From Candidatus Aegiribacteria sp. (GTDB taxonomy: Bacteria; Fermentibacterota; Fermentibacteria; Fermentibacterales; JCC-6): 64,000 nucleotides of DNA. Below the pieces are notes generated by a model, which made no database searches, was not told the DNA's origin, and saw only the letters and a program-made list of their open reading frames with translations. The DNA lies in NCBI GenBank assembly GCA_030600545.1, contig JAUVLV010000006.1, positions 359 through 64,358 of the forward strand, in the 5' to 3' direction. Below, one piece after another: positions 1 through 9,234 of the stretch (position 1 is its first letter; each line of letters starts with the position of its first letter). A program made the translations under genes and the position numbers.

Positions 1-1020
1 GGTATAAACAACGATATGGGTACAGTTACCTACAGAGGGCACGGGAACACAACCTCCTGGACATGGTCTCCCGGCTGGAACGCCACTAACATCAACGATC
101 TGACGAACACTTTCATGCCCTTCGTTTTCAACATCGCATGTCTCTGCGGTTCGTATACCGGTTCGGGAACGTGCCTTGCTGAAGCATGGCAGTGGGCCGA
201 TCACGGTTCCAGCGGGAACCTTGCCGCTACCGATCCTTCCTTTACCAACACAAACCATACTTATATAAAGGAGATTTACAAGGCAATCTACGACACCGGA
301 TCCTTCCGCGTCGGCGAGGGAATAAACATCTCTACCGTCATTATAATTAACGATTTTGGCCCCTACGGCATCGCCAACGCGAGAATGTACGTATGGTTCG
401 GAGACCCGGCAATCGATACCTGGACATTCGATACCATTACTGAGCCCGGTGTGCTTGAGATATCACCTCCCGCAAGCATTCCTCCGGGGAACTCGGATGT
501 CACCGTTACCGTTACAGATGATGGTTCCCCTGTGGAGGGTGTCAATGTTACCCTTACCGACGGCGTTGATAATTACGGTACCGGTATGACCTTTTACGAA
601 GAAGGTACAACCGATTTTTCGGGAGAGGTCGCTATTAACATCATTGCTCCGTCAAGCGGAACCGTACATATCGGAGCTTTCCTTCATGACTACAGATACG
701 ACATCACGGAAGTAGTAATCGGTACTGGTTTTGCCGGGTCAGATGGGTCATCATCCGTCCTTTCACTTGACAGGCCTTACCCTAACCCGATAGTTGCGAA
801 CGCGTCTCTTGGATTCAGTATTCCGACCGCCGGAAGAGTTAAACTCGCGGTATACGATGTATCGGGACGAATGGTTGAAACTATCCTTGACGGCGCTGTT
901 GAATCGGGAATCCATAATGTACAGTGGGCTCCGGGGGCTGAAATAGCCAGTGGCGTCTACTTCATCAGGCTTTCAACCGAGAACGGAACCCTCACCCGGC
1001 AGGCTATGGTCATAAGATAG
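1..1020 (+). CDS. C25 (gingipain-like) cysteine peptidase, 5'-partial, with C-terminal FlgD-Ig/T9SS-like domain
   Basis: Frame open from base 1; YRGHG (His) and FNIACLCG (Cys) motifs, GDPA; C-terminal PNP...YDVSGR...SGVYFIRL. Confidence 0.8.
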   Translation, partial: GINNDMGTVTYRGHGNTTSWTWSPGWNATNINDLTNTFMPFVFNIACLCGSYTGSGTCLAEAWQWADHGSSGNLAATDPSFTNTNHTYIKEIYKAIYDTGSFRVGEGINISTVIIINDFGPYGIANARMYVWFGDPAIDTWTFDTITEPGVLEISPPASIPPGNSDVTVTVTDDGSPVEGVNVTLTDGVDNYGTGMTFYEEGTTDFSGEVAINIIAPSSGTVHIGAFLHDYRYDITEVVIGTGFAGSDGSSSVLSLDRPYPNPIVANASLGFSIPTAGRVKLAVYDVSGRMVETILDGAVESGIHNVQWAPGAEIASGVYFIRLSTENGTLTRQAMVIR

Positions 1021-1046
1021 CAGGCTGACTGCGAAATTTCGAACCG

Positions 1047-1076
1047 AAGGCGGGCTTTCAGGGCCCGCCTTTTATT
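1047..1076 (+). terminator. Rho-independent terminator
   Basis: AAGGCGGGC-7 nt loop-GCCCGCCTT followed by TTATT, just after the stop at 1020. Confidence 0.75.
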
Positions 1077-1182
1077 CATTATACCATCCGATTTCCATTT
1101 ACTGCTGGAGGTTTTCAGCTGCCTGTTGAGGGCGTATACTAACGTGTTGATACAATAAGTCCAGTTACCGTGGAGGGGCAAT

Positions 1183-2448
1183 TTGACTGAAGATAAAAAT
1201 TTCACCAGTGATATCCTGTGGCGGATACTGGATGTTACCCGTCAGCTCAGTACCCCGATTGAGCTGGACGATATGCTTGTTCTGGTTGTTGACGTTGCCC
1301 GTGATGTTTTGAGAGCAGAAAGGGGAACAGTATTCCTTTACGATAAGGAAAACCATGAGCTTTTCGCGGAAGTCGGAACGGGGCTGGAGATTGAGGAGAT
1401 AAGGTTCCCTGCAGATCAGGGAATAGCGGGTATCTGCGCCCGTACATCCAGTATTGTTAACGTTCCTGACGCTTATTCCCACGAAGGATTCAACCCGGAA
1501 ATCGACAAAAAGATGGGGTATCGGACCCGATGCATACTGTCGGTGCCGCTTGTGGGGCTGGACGACTCCCTTGTAGGTGTCCTCCAGCTTATCAACAAAA
1601 CAGAGGGACCCTTCAACAGTGAGGACGAGAGGGTGGCGGAGGTTCTGGCCTCCCAGTGCGCCGTTGCACTGCAGAGAGCCAGGCTGCTGCGGGAATACAT
1701 TATCAAGCAGAAGATCGAACATGACCTGACTCTTGCCAGGGAGATCCAGAGGGAACTGCTGCCAGACAGCATGCCCGAAATAGAGGGATACGATCTGGCA
1801 GGCTGGAACGAACCCGCTGACCAGACCGGTGGCGATATCTTCGATGCTATCAGTTTTGACCATGGAAAGGTTTTGCTTCTTCTTGCCGACGCGTCCGGGC
1901 ACGGGCTAGGTCCTGCCCTTTCTGTAACCCAGTTTCTGGCAATGGTAAGGATAGCTTTCCGTCTTCAGAGTAACCTTTTCGACCTCCATAGCCATACGAA
2001 TAATCAGCTTGTGGAAGACCTTACGGCGGAACGATTCATTACAGCCTTTATCGGCCTGCTGGAGGCTGAGTATAACACCATCATCTACCATGCCTGCGGC
2101 CAGGCACCATTGCTGCATTACCACAACTTGACCGGGGAAGTGGATGTTCTCGCTGCCTCGGCACTACCCTTAGGTATAATGCCGGATATTCCCCTTGAGG
2201 CCCCGGATCCCATTCGTATGAAGAAAGGGGATATATTTGCTCTTATCTCCGATGGTATCTTTGAACAGGTAGATAATGCAGGAGAGCAGTTCGGCGTGGA
2301 AAGAACCATTAATTTGATTCGCGAAAACAGTATGCTTCGCATGAATGAAGTCGTTAAAAAAATATACTCAGCGGTTGTCCTGCACGCGGGCAAAGCCGTT
2401 CAAGACGATGATATGACCATCGTTCTCGTAAAGCGGGACACGAATTGA
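1183..2448 (+). CDS. GAF-domain SpoIIE/PP2C serine phosphatase (RsbU-like)
   Basis: N-terminal GAF domain; GGDIFD, ADASGHG, SDGI and DDMT motifs. Confidence 0.9.
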   Translation: MTEDKNFTSDILWRILDVTRQLSTPIELDDMLVLVVDVARDVLRAERGTVFLYDKENHELFAEVGTGLEIEEIRFPADQGIAGICARTSSIVNVPDAYSHEGFNPEIDKKMGYRTRCILSVPLVGLDDSLVGVLQLINKTEGPFNSEDERVAEVLASQCAVALQRARLLREYIIKQKIEHDLTLAREIQRELLPDSMPEIEGYDLAGWNEPADQTGGDIFDAISFDHGKVLLLLADASGHGLGPALSVTQFLAMVRIAFRLQSNLFDLHSHTNNQLVEDLTAERFITAFIGLLEAEYNTIIYHACGQAPLLHYHNLTGEVDVLAASALPLGIMPDIPLEAPDPIRMKKGDIFALISDGIFEQVDNAGEQFGVERTINLIRENSMLRMNEVVKKIYSAVVLHAGKAVQDDDMTIVLVKRDTN

Positions 2449-2580
2449 ATTTATTGAGGGCTTGACCCGGATACTAATATTTCCGATGTTTGCTCTGTCG
2501 TTTGCTGCGCAACTTATTACGCAGCCCGAAGTGACGCCAGTCACCGGACCGGAAACGATTTACAGATATTCTAAGGTATG

Positions 2581-2628
2581 CTCCTTCCGGTCGGGTGAAA
2601 ATAGCGTTTAACCCGGTTCAGGAAGGAG
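2581..2628 (+). promoter_or_regulatory. Hairpin sequestering the rpsF Shine-Dalgarno, candidate S6:S18 autoregulatory leader
   Basis: CTCCTTCC (2581-2588) pairs with GGAAGGAG (2621-2628); inner CGGGT/ACCCG stem. Confidence 0.6.
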
Positions 2629-2636
2629 TTACTGAT

Positions 2637-2990
2637 TTGCGAGACTATGAAACCGTAATACTCTGGAGTGCCAGCATCCCCGAGGGTGATATCGAAAAGG
2701 AACACGATCGTGTTGTCAAGATCATCAAGGATGATGGAGGTACGTACAATGGCTCTGACAAATGGAGTCGACGAATTCTGGCCTATCCCATAAAGAAACA
2801 GACCGAGGGGATCTACCATTTTCTTAAATGGACCGGCGGCAGCGATACTACAGGTGCAATAAGTAAGCATCTGAAGATCCATGACAGCTGCCTCAGGTAT
2901 CTTACCCTTAGAACTGACCTCAAAGAACCTGCTCCCCTGGATTCACTTGATGATAATGAAGCAGAGGACATGGAGAGCGAGGATAATTAA
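2637..2990 (+). CDS. rpsF: 30S ribosomal protein S6
   Basis: MRDYETV...RILAYPIKK; TTG start at 2637 chosen from the GGAAGGAG RBS (track start 2595). Confidence 0.95.
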   Translation: MRDYETVILWSASIPEGDIEKEHDRVVKIIKDDGGTYNGSDKWSRRILAYPIKKQTEGIYHFLKWTGGSDTTGAISKHLKIHDSCLRYLTLRTDLKEPAPLDSLDDNEAEDMESEDN

Positions 2991-3448
2991 TGGAACTGAG
3001 AATGCCCAGTATCAATAAGGTTATAATTTCCGGAAATCTTGTACGTGACCCCGATACAAGAATACTGGAGAACGGAACACATCTTGCCAAAATGTCCATT
3101 GCGAATAACCAGCGATACCGCGACAGGAGTGGAGAATGGCAGGAAAAAACATGCTACGTCAATATAGTCGCATGGAGAAAAACTGCAGAACTGGTAAGCG
3201 AATTCTGCAGAAAGGGTTCCCCTGTACTGGTTGAGGGGGAACTGAATTACAATTCCTGGGAAGACAGGGATGGCAATAAAAGAAGCAGGCTGGAAGTGAA
3301 TGCAAGGAGAATACAGTTTCTCGAGAAGAAGGGTCAGAATTCTTCCTATAGAGACGATTCTACTGGACAATCCAGCAGTGATTTCAGTGATAACGAACAC
3401 AATTCCGCGCCTGATTCAATGGCGCCGGATGACGATATCCCGTTCTAA
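2990..3448 (+). CDS. ssb: Single-stranded DNA-binding protein
   Basis: NKVIISGNLVRDP OB fold; C-terminal DDDIPF. Confidence 0.97.
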   Translation: MELRMPSINKVIISGNLVRDPDTRILENGTHLAKMSIANNQRYRDRSGEWQEKTCYVNIVAWRKTAELVSEFCRKGSPVLVEGELNYNSWEDRDGNKRSRLEVNARRIQFLEKKGQNSSYRDDSTGQSSSDFSDNEHNSAPDSMAPDDDIPF

Positions 3449-3453
3449 TCAGT

Positions 3454-3807
3454 ATGACTGTCCCCCATGAAACACCTGAACTGAATTACATTGTCCTTAC
3501 CGGACGGATTATGAGAAAAGGTGACCTTAAATCTTCCAGTTACGGAATTTTTGTAATCAGGTTCGATTTGGAAAACTACGTTTCGTACGATGATTCAAGC
3601 TCAGGAGAAGATAAGAAAACCTACATCATCTGTGTTGAGGCCTGGGGAAACCTCGCGGAAAGAATTGACCGAAGCATTTCGAATGGAATGTTCGTATTGG
3701 TCGAGGGCAGTCTCGTTAGCAGATCCTACGAAGATAGATCAAAAGGATTACACCATAGAATGATCGTAAAGGCATCCGACGTAACAGCGTTAGAAACCGG
3801 ATCATAA
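3454..3807 (+). CDS. Short SSB paralog without acidic tail (PriB-like OB fold)
   Basis: NYIVLTGRI, EAWGNLAE and VLVEGSL align with SSB motifs; no DDIPF tail. Confidence 0.75.
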   Translation: MTVPHETPELNYIVLTGRIMRKGDLKSSSYGIFVIRFDLENYVSYDDSSSGEDKKTYIICVEAWGNLAERIDRSISNGMFVLVEGSLVSRSYEDRSKGLHHRMIVKASDVTALETGS

Positions 3808-3831
3808 AGACCGTCAGGAGGAATCGATTAA

Positions 3832-4086
3832 GTGGCAAAGAAAAGAATGAAAAAGAAGAGCAGCAAGTTCGGACGTAAAAAGAAATGCCGTTTCTGTGCA
3901 AATCCGAATCTGGAAATATCGTACAAGAGTGAAAGGATGCTGCAGAGGTACGTTTCGGACAGGGGAAAAATTGTAGCAAGGCGGGTTACGGGCAACTGTG
4001 CAAAACACCAGAGAATGGTTGCAAACTCCATCAAGGTTGCGCGGTTCCTTGCCCTTGTTCCCTACGTTAGAGAACACTACAGATAA
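3832..4086 (+). CDS. rpsR: 30S ribosomal protein S18 (Zn-binding form)
   Basis: CRFC...RGKI...TGNCAKHQR...ARFLALVPY. Confidence 0.97.
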   Translation: MAKKRMKKKSSKFGRKKKCRFCANPNLEISYKSERMLQRYVSDRGKIVARRVTGNCAKHQRMVANSIKVARFLALVPYVREHYR

Positions 4087-4104
4087 ACCTGCAGCATACC
4101 TGAG

Positions 4105-4977
4105 ATGCAAAAGACGTCGGGAGGAGCAGGAAACGGATTCTTCGGTATCATCGCCGTTGGGATCATTCTTGTTCTCATGGGGGTTCCATTCGTTGGAATG
4201 ACCGTAATGTCAGTCATGATGGTAGACCGGGAGTCAAAATTCGGTCTGCCTATGGCGCTTGCAACTCTCTTTGTAGTTTTTCTAATTTCCGACTTCACAG
4301 GCGCTCTTATCGCGGCAACCGGGTCAGGAATTATCGTTGCCCTTATAAGGTCCGGCAGAAGCTTCAGGTTCTCCCTGACAGCAGCTGCGGCAGCTACGGC
4401 ACTGGCCTGTATTTTCGGTACACTGCTGCTTCTTCAGCAGTCCCTGTTATCCTTCGAAAATGTTCAGGCTCTCATGCAGCTCTATAATTCAGCGGGAATG
4501 AGTTCATCCGAAATATTTTTCGTAATGGACATGTTGATTTATTTACTGCCGGCCCTTCTTGCGTTGTGGGCTGTGGCCGGTGTTATCACTTCCGCAGTGG
4601 CTGCCAGGCTTATATGCAGAAGGAGAGGGATATGGCCGGCTCTGCCCGGAGAAGATTCCCTCCGTCTCGGACTGCTTCCCGCCTGGATACTGATAGCGTC
4701 CCTGGCATTGAATATTACCTGCAGCAGTTTTTCCCCATACCTTCAGCAGGCTGCTGTGAATATATCGATATTCATGATTCTACCCTACTCCGCTGTAGGA
4801 TTGGCTGTATGCAGAAAATTTCTGTTTTTGTATCCCCAGAGCTTTCTTCTGGCAGTACTTTTGGGAATAATCTTTCCCCCGATTGCCGTTGGATTGCTCA
4901 TGATTACCGGTATACTTGATACGTGGTTTGATTTCAGAACACGTCTCGAAAGTATAAATGAAAGGAAAAGCTCATAA
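4105..4977 (+). CDS. DUF2232/YybS membrane protein
   Basis: Multiple TM segments, C-terminal GILDTWFDFR, position between rpsR and rplI. Confidence 0.8.
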   Translation: MQKTSGGAGNGFFGIIAVGIILVLMGVPFVGMTVMSVMMVDRESKFGLPMALATLFVVFLISDFTGALIAATGSGIIVALIRSGRSFRFSLTAAAAATALACIFGTLLLLQQSLLSFENVQALMQLYNSAGMSSSEIFFVMDMLIYLLPALLALWAVAGVITSAVAARLICRRRGIWPALPGEDSLRLGLLPAWILIASLALNITCSSFSPYLQQAAVNISIFMILPYSAVGLAVCRKFLFLYPQSFLLAVLLGIIFPPIAVGLLMITGILDTWFDFRTRLESINERKSS

Positions 4978-5429
4978 TGAAAGTACTACTTATCAAAAGT
5001 GTGGAAGACCTCGGCCTTGGGGGTGATGTTGTTGATGTAGCCGATGGATATGCAAGGAATTACCTGTTTCCCAGGAATTTTGCGATTAAAGCAACTCCCG
5101 CAGCTGTCAAATCAACCGAAATCTACAGGACAAAAGCCCTGAAAGAACAGGCAAGAATAAACGAGGAATCTCAGCAATTCGCGAAGAAGCTCAAGGATTT
5201 TGTTGTAGAGATTACAGCAGCAGCGGATGACACCGGGCATCTTTACGGAAGTGTCAACGAAAGGAACATTTGCGAGTCTATCAATGAATCAGGTTTCGAT
5301 ATAGATGTTGAGCAGGTGCTACTCAGCGAACACCTTAAATCAACAGGAGAGTATCCTGTTCCCATCAAGATCTACGGAGACATCCGTGCAGACATACTGG
5401 TCAGGATCCTCCCCGAAGAGGAAGAATAA
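4977..5429 (+). CDS. rplI: 50S ribosomal protein L9
   Basis: MKVLL...GYARNYLFP...LYGSV. Confidence 0.97.
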   Translation: MKVLLIKSVEDLGLGGDVVDVADGYARNYLFPRNFAIKATPAAVKSTEIYRTKALKEQARINEESQQFAKKLKDFVVEITAAADDTGHLYGSVNERNICESINESGFDIDVEQVLLSEHLKSTGEYPVPIKIYGDIRADILVRILPEEEE

Positions 5430-5434
5430 CCACT

Positions 5435-6448
5435 TTGCGGATTCTTGCCGTAGAAACATCCTGCGATGATACAGCGGTTGCGCTGCTTGATGGATGCAGA
5501 GCAATCGCTGAACGCATTTACCGCCAGGAAATACACTCAAAACACGGAGGTATTGTTCCTGAACTGGCTTCACGTAAGCATATGCAAATTCTCCCGGGTC
5601 TTGTCGAAGAAGTTCTTCGTGCCGGGGGAGTGAAAAGTTTTGAAGAAATCGATGCCTTTGCCGCAACAACGGGTCCGGGGCTGACGGGATCTTTGCTTGT
5701 GGGCCTTGCCTGGACCAAGGCGGCAGCATGGGCTTCCGGCAAACCCTTCCTGGGGATAAATCACCTGGCGGCACATTTGTATATTCATTATGGAGGAAAG
5801 AGACAGGTGGTATTTCCCGCTGCAGCCCTTCTCGTTTCCGGCGGTCATACCAGCCTTTTCAGAATGAACTCGTGGGAAGATATTCTTCTTCTTGGTTCAA
5901 CAAGAGATGACGCTGCGGGAGAAGCTTTTGACAAAACAGCAAAGCTTGCGGGACTGGGCTATCCGGGTGGTGCCGCTCTTGATCTTGCCGCTGACAGGGG
6001 TGACCCCGAGAAGGTTTCCCTTCCATCCCCAATAGCTGATCCGTCGATACCGGAATTCAGCTTCAGTGGTCTTAAAACAGCGGCTAAATTGCTCTGGGAG
6101 AAGGGAACAGATCGGAACGACCTTGCGGCTTCGTTCAGGAAAACCGTTGCTAATCTACTGGTATCGAAACTGATGTACCAGTGTGAAAAGCACAAAATGA
6201 AAAGTGTAATCGCAGCCGGTGGTGTTACGGCCAACAGCCTTCTCAGGCAGATTCTTAGGGAAGAATGTTCCGAAAAAAACCTGAACCTGTTTCTTCCGGA
6301 CAGGGAACATGCAACAGATAATGCTCTTATGGTAGGACGTGCCGCGGCAGCCATTCTTGAGAAAGATCCTGTGGCGTCTTCTCCGCTTTCATGCAATGCT
6401 TTCGCGAGATGGTCGGGGAAAACTCTTTCTCCCATCGGCTGCTACTGA
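5435..6448 (+). CDS. tsaD: tRNA N6-threonylcarbamoyltransferase TsaD
   Basis: ETSCDDT, GGIVPELASRKH, HLAAH, VSGGHT, DDAAGEAFDK, TDNA. Confidence 0.95.
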   Translation: MRILAVETSCDDTAVALLDGCRAIAERIYRQEIHSKHGGIVPELASRKHMQILPGLVEEVLRAGGVKSFEEIDAFAATTGPGLTGSLLVGLAWTKAAAWASGKPFLGINHLAAHLYIHYGGKRQVVFPAAALLVSGGHTSLFRMNSWEDILLLGSTRDDAAGEAFDKTAKLAGLGYPGGAALDLAADRGDPEKVSLPSPIADPSIPEFSFSGLKTAAKLLWEKGTDRNDLAASFRKTVANLLVSKLMYQCEKHKMKSVIAAGGVTANSLLRQILREECSEKNLNLFLPDREHATDNALMVGRAAAAILEKDPVASSPLSCNAFARWSGKTLSPIGCY

Positions 6449-6513
6449 CCTCAGGAGATTAGTACTATATAATATACAATTGACAAAGATATTATTCTTC
6501 TGGAGAATATTCT

Positions 6514-6912
6514 ATGACAGCTGATTTTAATACCTACGGTGTTGACATTGTCAGTATTCAGCGGGTTGAAAAAGCTCTTAAAAGAAGCGGAAAGGCTTTT
6601 CTGCAAAGGATATTCAATGGCAAAGAACTGGACATGCAGGAGGATATCGGTTTTCTTGCAACAAGATTTGCAGCAAAAGAGGCTTTTTTCAAGGCTCTTG
6701 GAACAGGGGTTTCAGAGGGAGTACGATGGCATGATTTCCTGCTTCCCCCCGAAGATAATACCTGTCCGAGTCCTGTTATCAGCGGAAAATCCAGGGAATT
6801 GCTCAGAGGCAGCAAAGTTCTTGTAAGCGTCTCCCGGACAGAAACCACCGCTGTAGCAATTGTTTTACTTGAAGAACAGGGGGAAGTGAATGAAATACTG
6901 GGTAATACCTGA
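6514..6912 (+). CDS. acpS: Holo-ACP synthase
   Basis: GVDIV, RFAAKEAFFKALGTG. Confidence 0.92.
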   Translation: MTADFNTYGVDIVSIQRVEKALKRSGKAFLQRIFNGKELDMQEDIGFLATRFAAKEAFFKALGTGVSEGVRWHDFLLPPEDNTCPSPVISGKSRELLRGSKVLVSVSRTETTAVAIVLLEEQGEVNEILGNT

Positions 6913-8437
6913 GGAAATGGCTCAATACGACATGAGGGCAATTGAGAGTGGAACTCCCGGAGACGTTCTGATGGAAAAAGCCGGAACTCTGGCAGCGGAG
7001 AGAGCCATGAAAATGATTTCTCCCGATCAAGGACCGGTTATTGTATTTGCGGGGTCGGGAAATAACGGCGGAGATGGTCTTGTTTTAGCAAGAAAACTCC
7101 GTGAAAAATCGTACTATGCTCACGTGGTCCTTGTAAGTGCTCCTGGAAAAAGTCTTTCACACAACTGCCAGACAAACCTGAATCGATTCGTGCAGGATGG
7201 AGGCATTGTTATTCCTCTGGACGAGATGAACAGATTGCCTTATTCCCCCTCCCTTATAGTCGATGCCCTTCTGGGAACTGGTTTCAGAGGAAAGATCGAG
7301 GGAGTATTCGCCGAGTGTCTTGATAAAGCAAGTAATTATAGCTGCAAAGTACTTGCTGTAGACACCCCTTCCGGTATCAACGGAAGAACGGGAGAAACCG
7401 ATCCCCATACAGTACCAGCAGATGTAACCGTAACATTTGCCGCTCCGAAGGCTGGGCTTCTGTTTCCTCCAGGGTGCGGTTATTCAGGAAATATTTTCAC
7501 AGCTGATATCGGTATTGAAGTAACTAAGATGAAAAATCGCATGATCCCCGGGCTGAGTGATATTTACGCACTGCTTCCCGAAAGACCTGTTGACGGAAAT
7601 AAGGGAACGTTCGGAAAGTTGCTGCTGGTTAGTGGCTCTGAGACAATGCCGGGTGCTCCCCAGCTGATGTCACTAGGAGCCCTTCGCTCGGGAGCAGGTC
7701 TGGTTACCCTTTCCGTCCCTCTTTCCGCCCATCAGCTCATAGCAGGACGCATTCCCGAAGTGCTTTCATCGTACTTCCTTCCGGGGGATGCCACGGGAAT
7801 CCCTGACACTGATAATTTCCAGGCGGCAGCCGCAGGGCCAGGAATGGGAAACAATCCGGCAACTAAAAAGGTCATAAATCATATACTCAGCCACTGGGAC
7901 ATTCCGCTTGTTCTGGATGCGGATGCCCTTAACGTACTTGATAATCCTGTCGCGAATCTGAAAAGGTATCGGGGAAAGCTACTGATCACCCCTCATCCCG
8001 GCGAAATGTCAAGACTTATGAAATGCGATCCATCAAATATCGCCAGCAGGTCCTCAGCGGCTGGTAAGCTGGCCGACGCAGCTGGAATAACAATTGTGCT
8101 CAAAGGCAGGCCAACGATGATATTCCATCCAGATAAAGGCTCCTGCACCATCGCCGCGGGTAACAACGGGCTTGCAACCGGGGGAAGTGGTGATATACTG
8201 ACGGGAATTATTTCGTCCCTCGTGGCTCAGGGAATGGAACCCTTCAATGCAGGTATGCTCGGTGTTTACGTACACGGCCTCGCAGCTGATATAGCTATAG
8301 AGAATTCTTCCAAAAGATCCCTGATTCCATCGGATATTGCTTCCTGTCTTGGCCTGGCATTTAATGCAATAGAAAACGGAAAGAACAGTGACCTTCTGAC
8401 CTCTGGAGGCAAGTGGAACAGTGAGTACATTGATTAG
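6890..8437 (+). CDS. nnr: Bifunctional NAD(P)H-hydrate epimerase/dehydratase
   Basis: GNNGGDG, VDALLGTG, DTPSG, LDADALN, TPHPGE, GGSGD. Confidence 0.93.
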   Translation: MKYWVIPEEMAQYDMRAIESGTPGDVLMEKAGTLAAERAMKMISPDQGPVIVFAGSGNNGGDGLVLARKLREKSYYAHVVLVSAPGKSLSHNCQTNLNRFVQDGGIVIPLDEMNRLPYSPSLIVDALLGTGFRGKIEGVFAECLDKASNYSCKVLAVDTPSGINGRTGETDPHTVPADVTVTFAAPKAGLLFPPGCGYSGNIFTADIGIEVTKMKNRMIPGLSDIYALLPERPVDGNKGTFGKLLLVSGSETMPGAPQLMSLGALRSGAGLVTLSVPLSAHQLIAGRIPEVLSSYFLPGDATGIPDTDNFQAAAAGPGMGNNPATKKVINHILSHWDIPLVLDADALNVLDNPVANLKRYRGKLLITPHPGEMSRLMKCDPSNIASRSSAAGKLADAAGITIVLKGRPTMIFHPDKGSCTIAAGNNGLATGGSGDILTGIISSLVAQGMEPFNAGMLGVYVHGLAADIAIENSSKRSLIPSDIASCLGLAFNAIENGKNSDLLTSGGKWNSEYID

Positions 8438-8984
8438 CCGGAAAAAAGCCCTTGAATTACTTGAAGAGAATCTCAGCAACAGGAACCTCATACGTCACTG
8501 CCTGGCGTCCGAAGCCGTTATGCGCAGGCTTGCGGAGGACAGGGGAGAGGATCAGGATATCTGGGGTACTACCGGTCTTCTGCATGACCTTGACTACGAA
8601 AAAACCGCTGATAACCCCGCTAAACACGGTCTTGTTACCGCTGAAATGCTTGAGGGGCAGCTCCCGGAAGAATCGATAAATGCTATAAAAGCACATAATT
8701 ATGAGAATAACGGTATCGAGAGAGTTTCTAATCTGGATTATCTTCTCGCCGCAGGAGAGTCAATAACCGGTCTGATAGTTGCAGTTGCCCTGGTTTACCC
8801 CGGGAAGAAACTTCAGCCTGTAAAATTGAAATCAGTTACAAAGAGAATGAAAATGGCCGCCTTCGCCCGATCGGTTCCCAGAGAAACCATCAAAGATTGC
8901 TCCAGGGCCGGATACGAACTGAACGAATTTATTCGCCTTTCCCTTGAAGCAATGAAGGGGATAGCTTCGGAAATAGGCCTTTAA
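8421..8984 (+). CDS. HD-domain phosphohydrolase (HDIG-type)
   Basis: RHCLASEAVM, GLLHDLD, IKAH. Confidence 0.85.
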   Translation: MSTLISRKKALELLEENLSNRNLIRHCLASEAVMRRLAEDRGEDQDIWGTTGLLHDLDYEKTADNPAKHGLVTAEMLEGQLPEESINAIKAHNYENNGIERVSNLDYLLAAGESITGLIVAVALVYPGKKLQPVKLKSVTKRMKMAAFARSVPRETIKDCSRAGYELNEFIRLSLEAMKGIASEIGL

Positions 8985-9037
8985 CGACAAACGTCCTGTA
9001 ACTGCTGTTTGAATTCCTCTAATTTCATCTGTTCCAT
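8981..9037 (-). pseudogene. Possible N-terminal stump of an integron integrase
   Basis: MEQMKLEEFKQQLQDVCR*; divergent from the cassette array, where intI normally sits; weak resemblance to IntI N-termini. Confidence 0.3.
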
Positions 9038-9119
9038 ATCAACATCCCAGTAAATGTAACTGCACCATATCAGCGTTACAACAGTAATAGTGTACATATT
9101 CTTGTCAAGTCACATCGTC

Positions 9120-9149
9120 TTGACAGTTAAATAGCTTAATTAATATGAT
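9120..9149 (+). promoter_or_regulatory. Sigma70-type promoter upstream of the cassette array (Pc-like)
   Basis: TTGACA (9120-9125), 18 nt, TATGAT (9144-9149). Confidence 0.6.
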
Positions 9150-9181
9150 ATTGCTTAGTAGGTACATTATGCAAGCATCGA

Positions 9182-9213
9182 GATATGTTGCAGTTACATA
9201 ATCATTGTTCTCC
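9182..9213 (+). other. attI-like recombination site
   Basis: GTTACATAATCATTG|TTCTCC; GTTCTCCG (9207-9214) is the exact complement of CGGAGAAC opening attC1; no attC-type hairpin upstream. Confidence 0.55.
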
Positions 9214-9234
9214 GATAGAGCAGAAAGGAAATAA

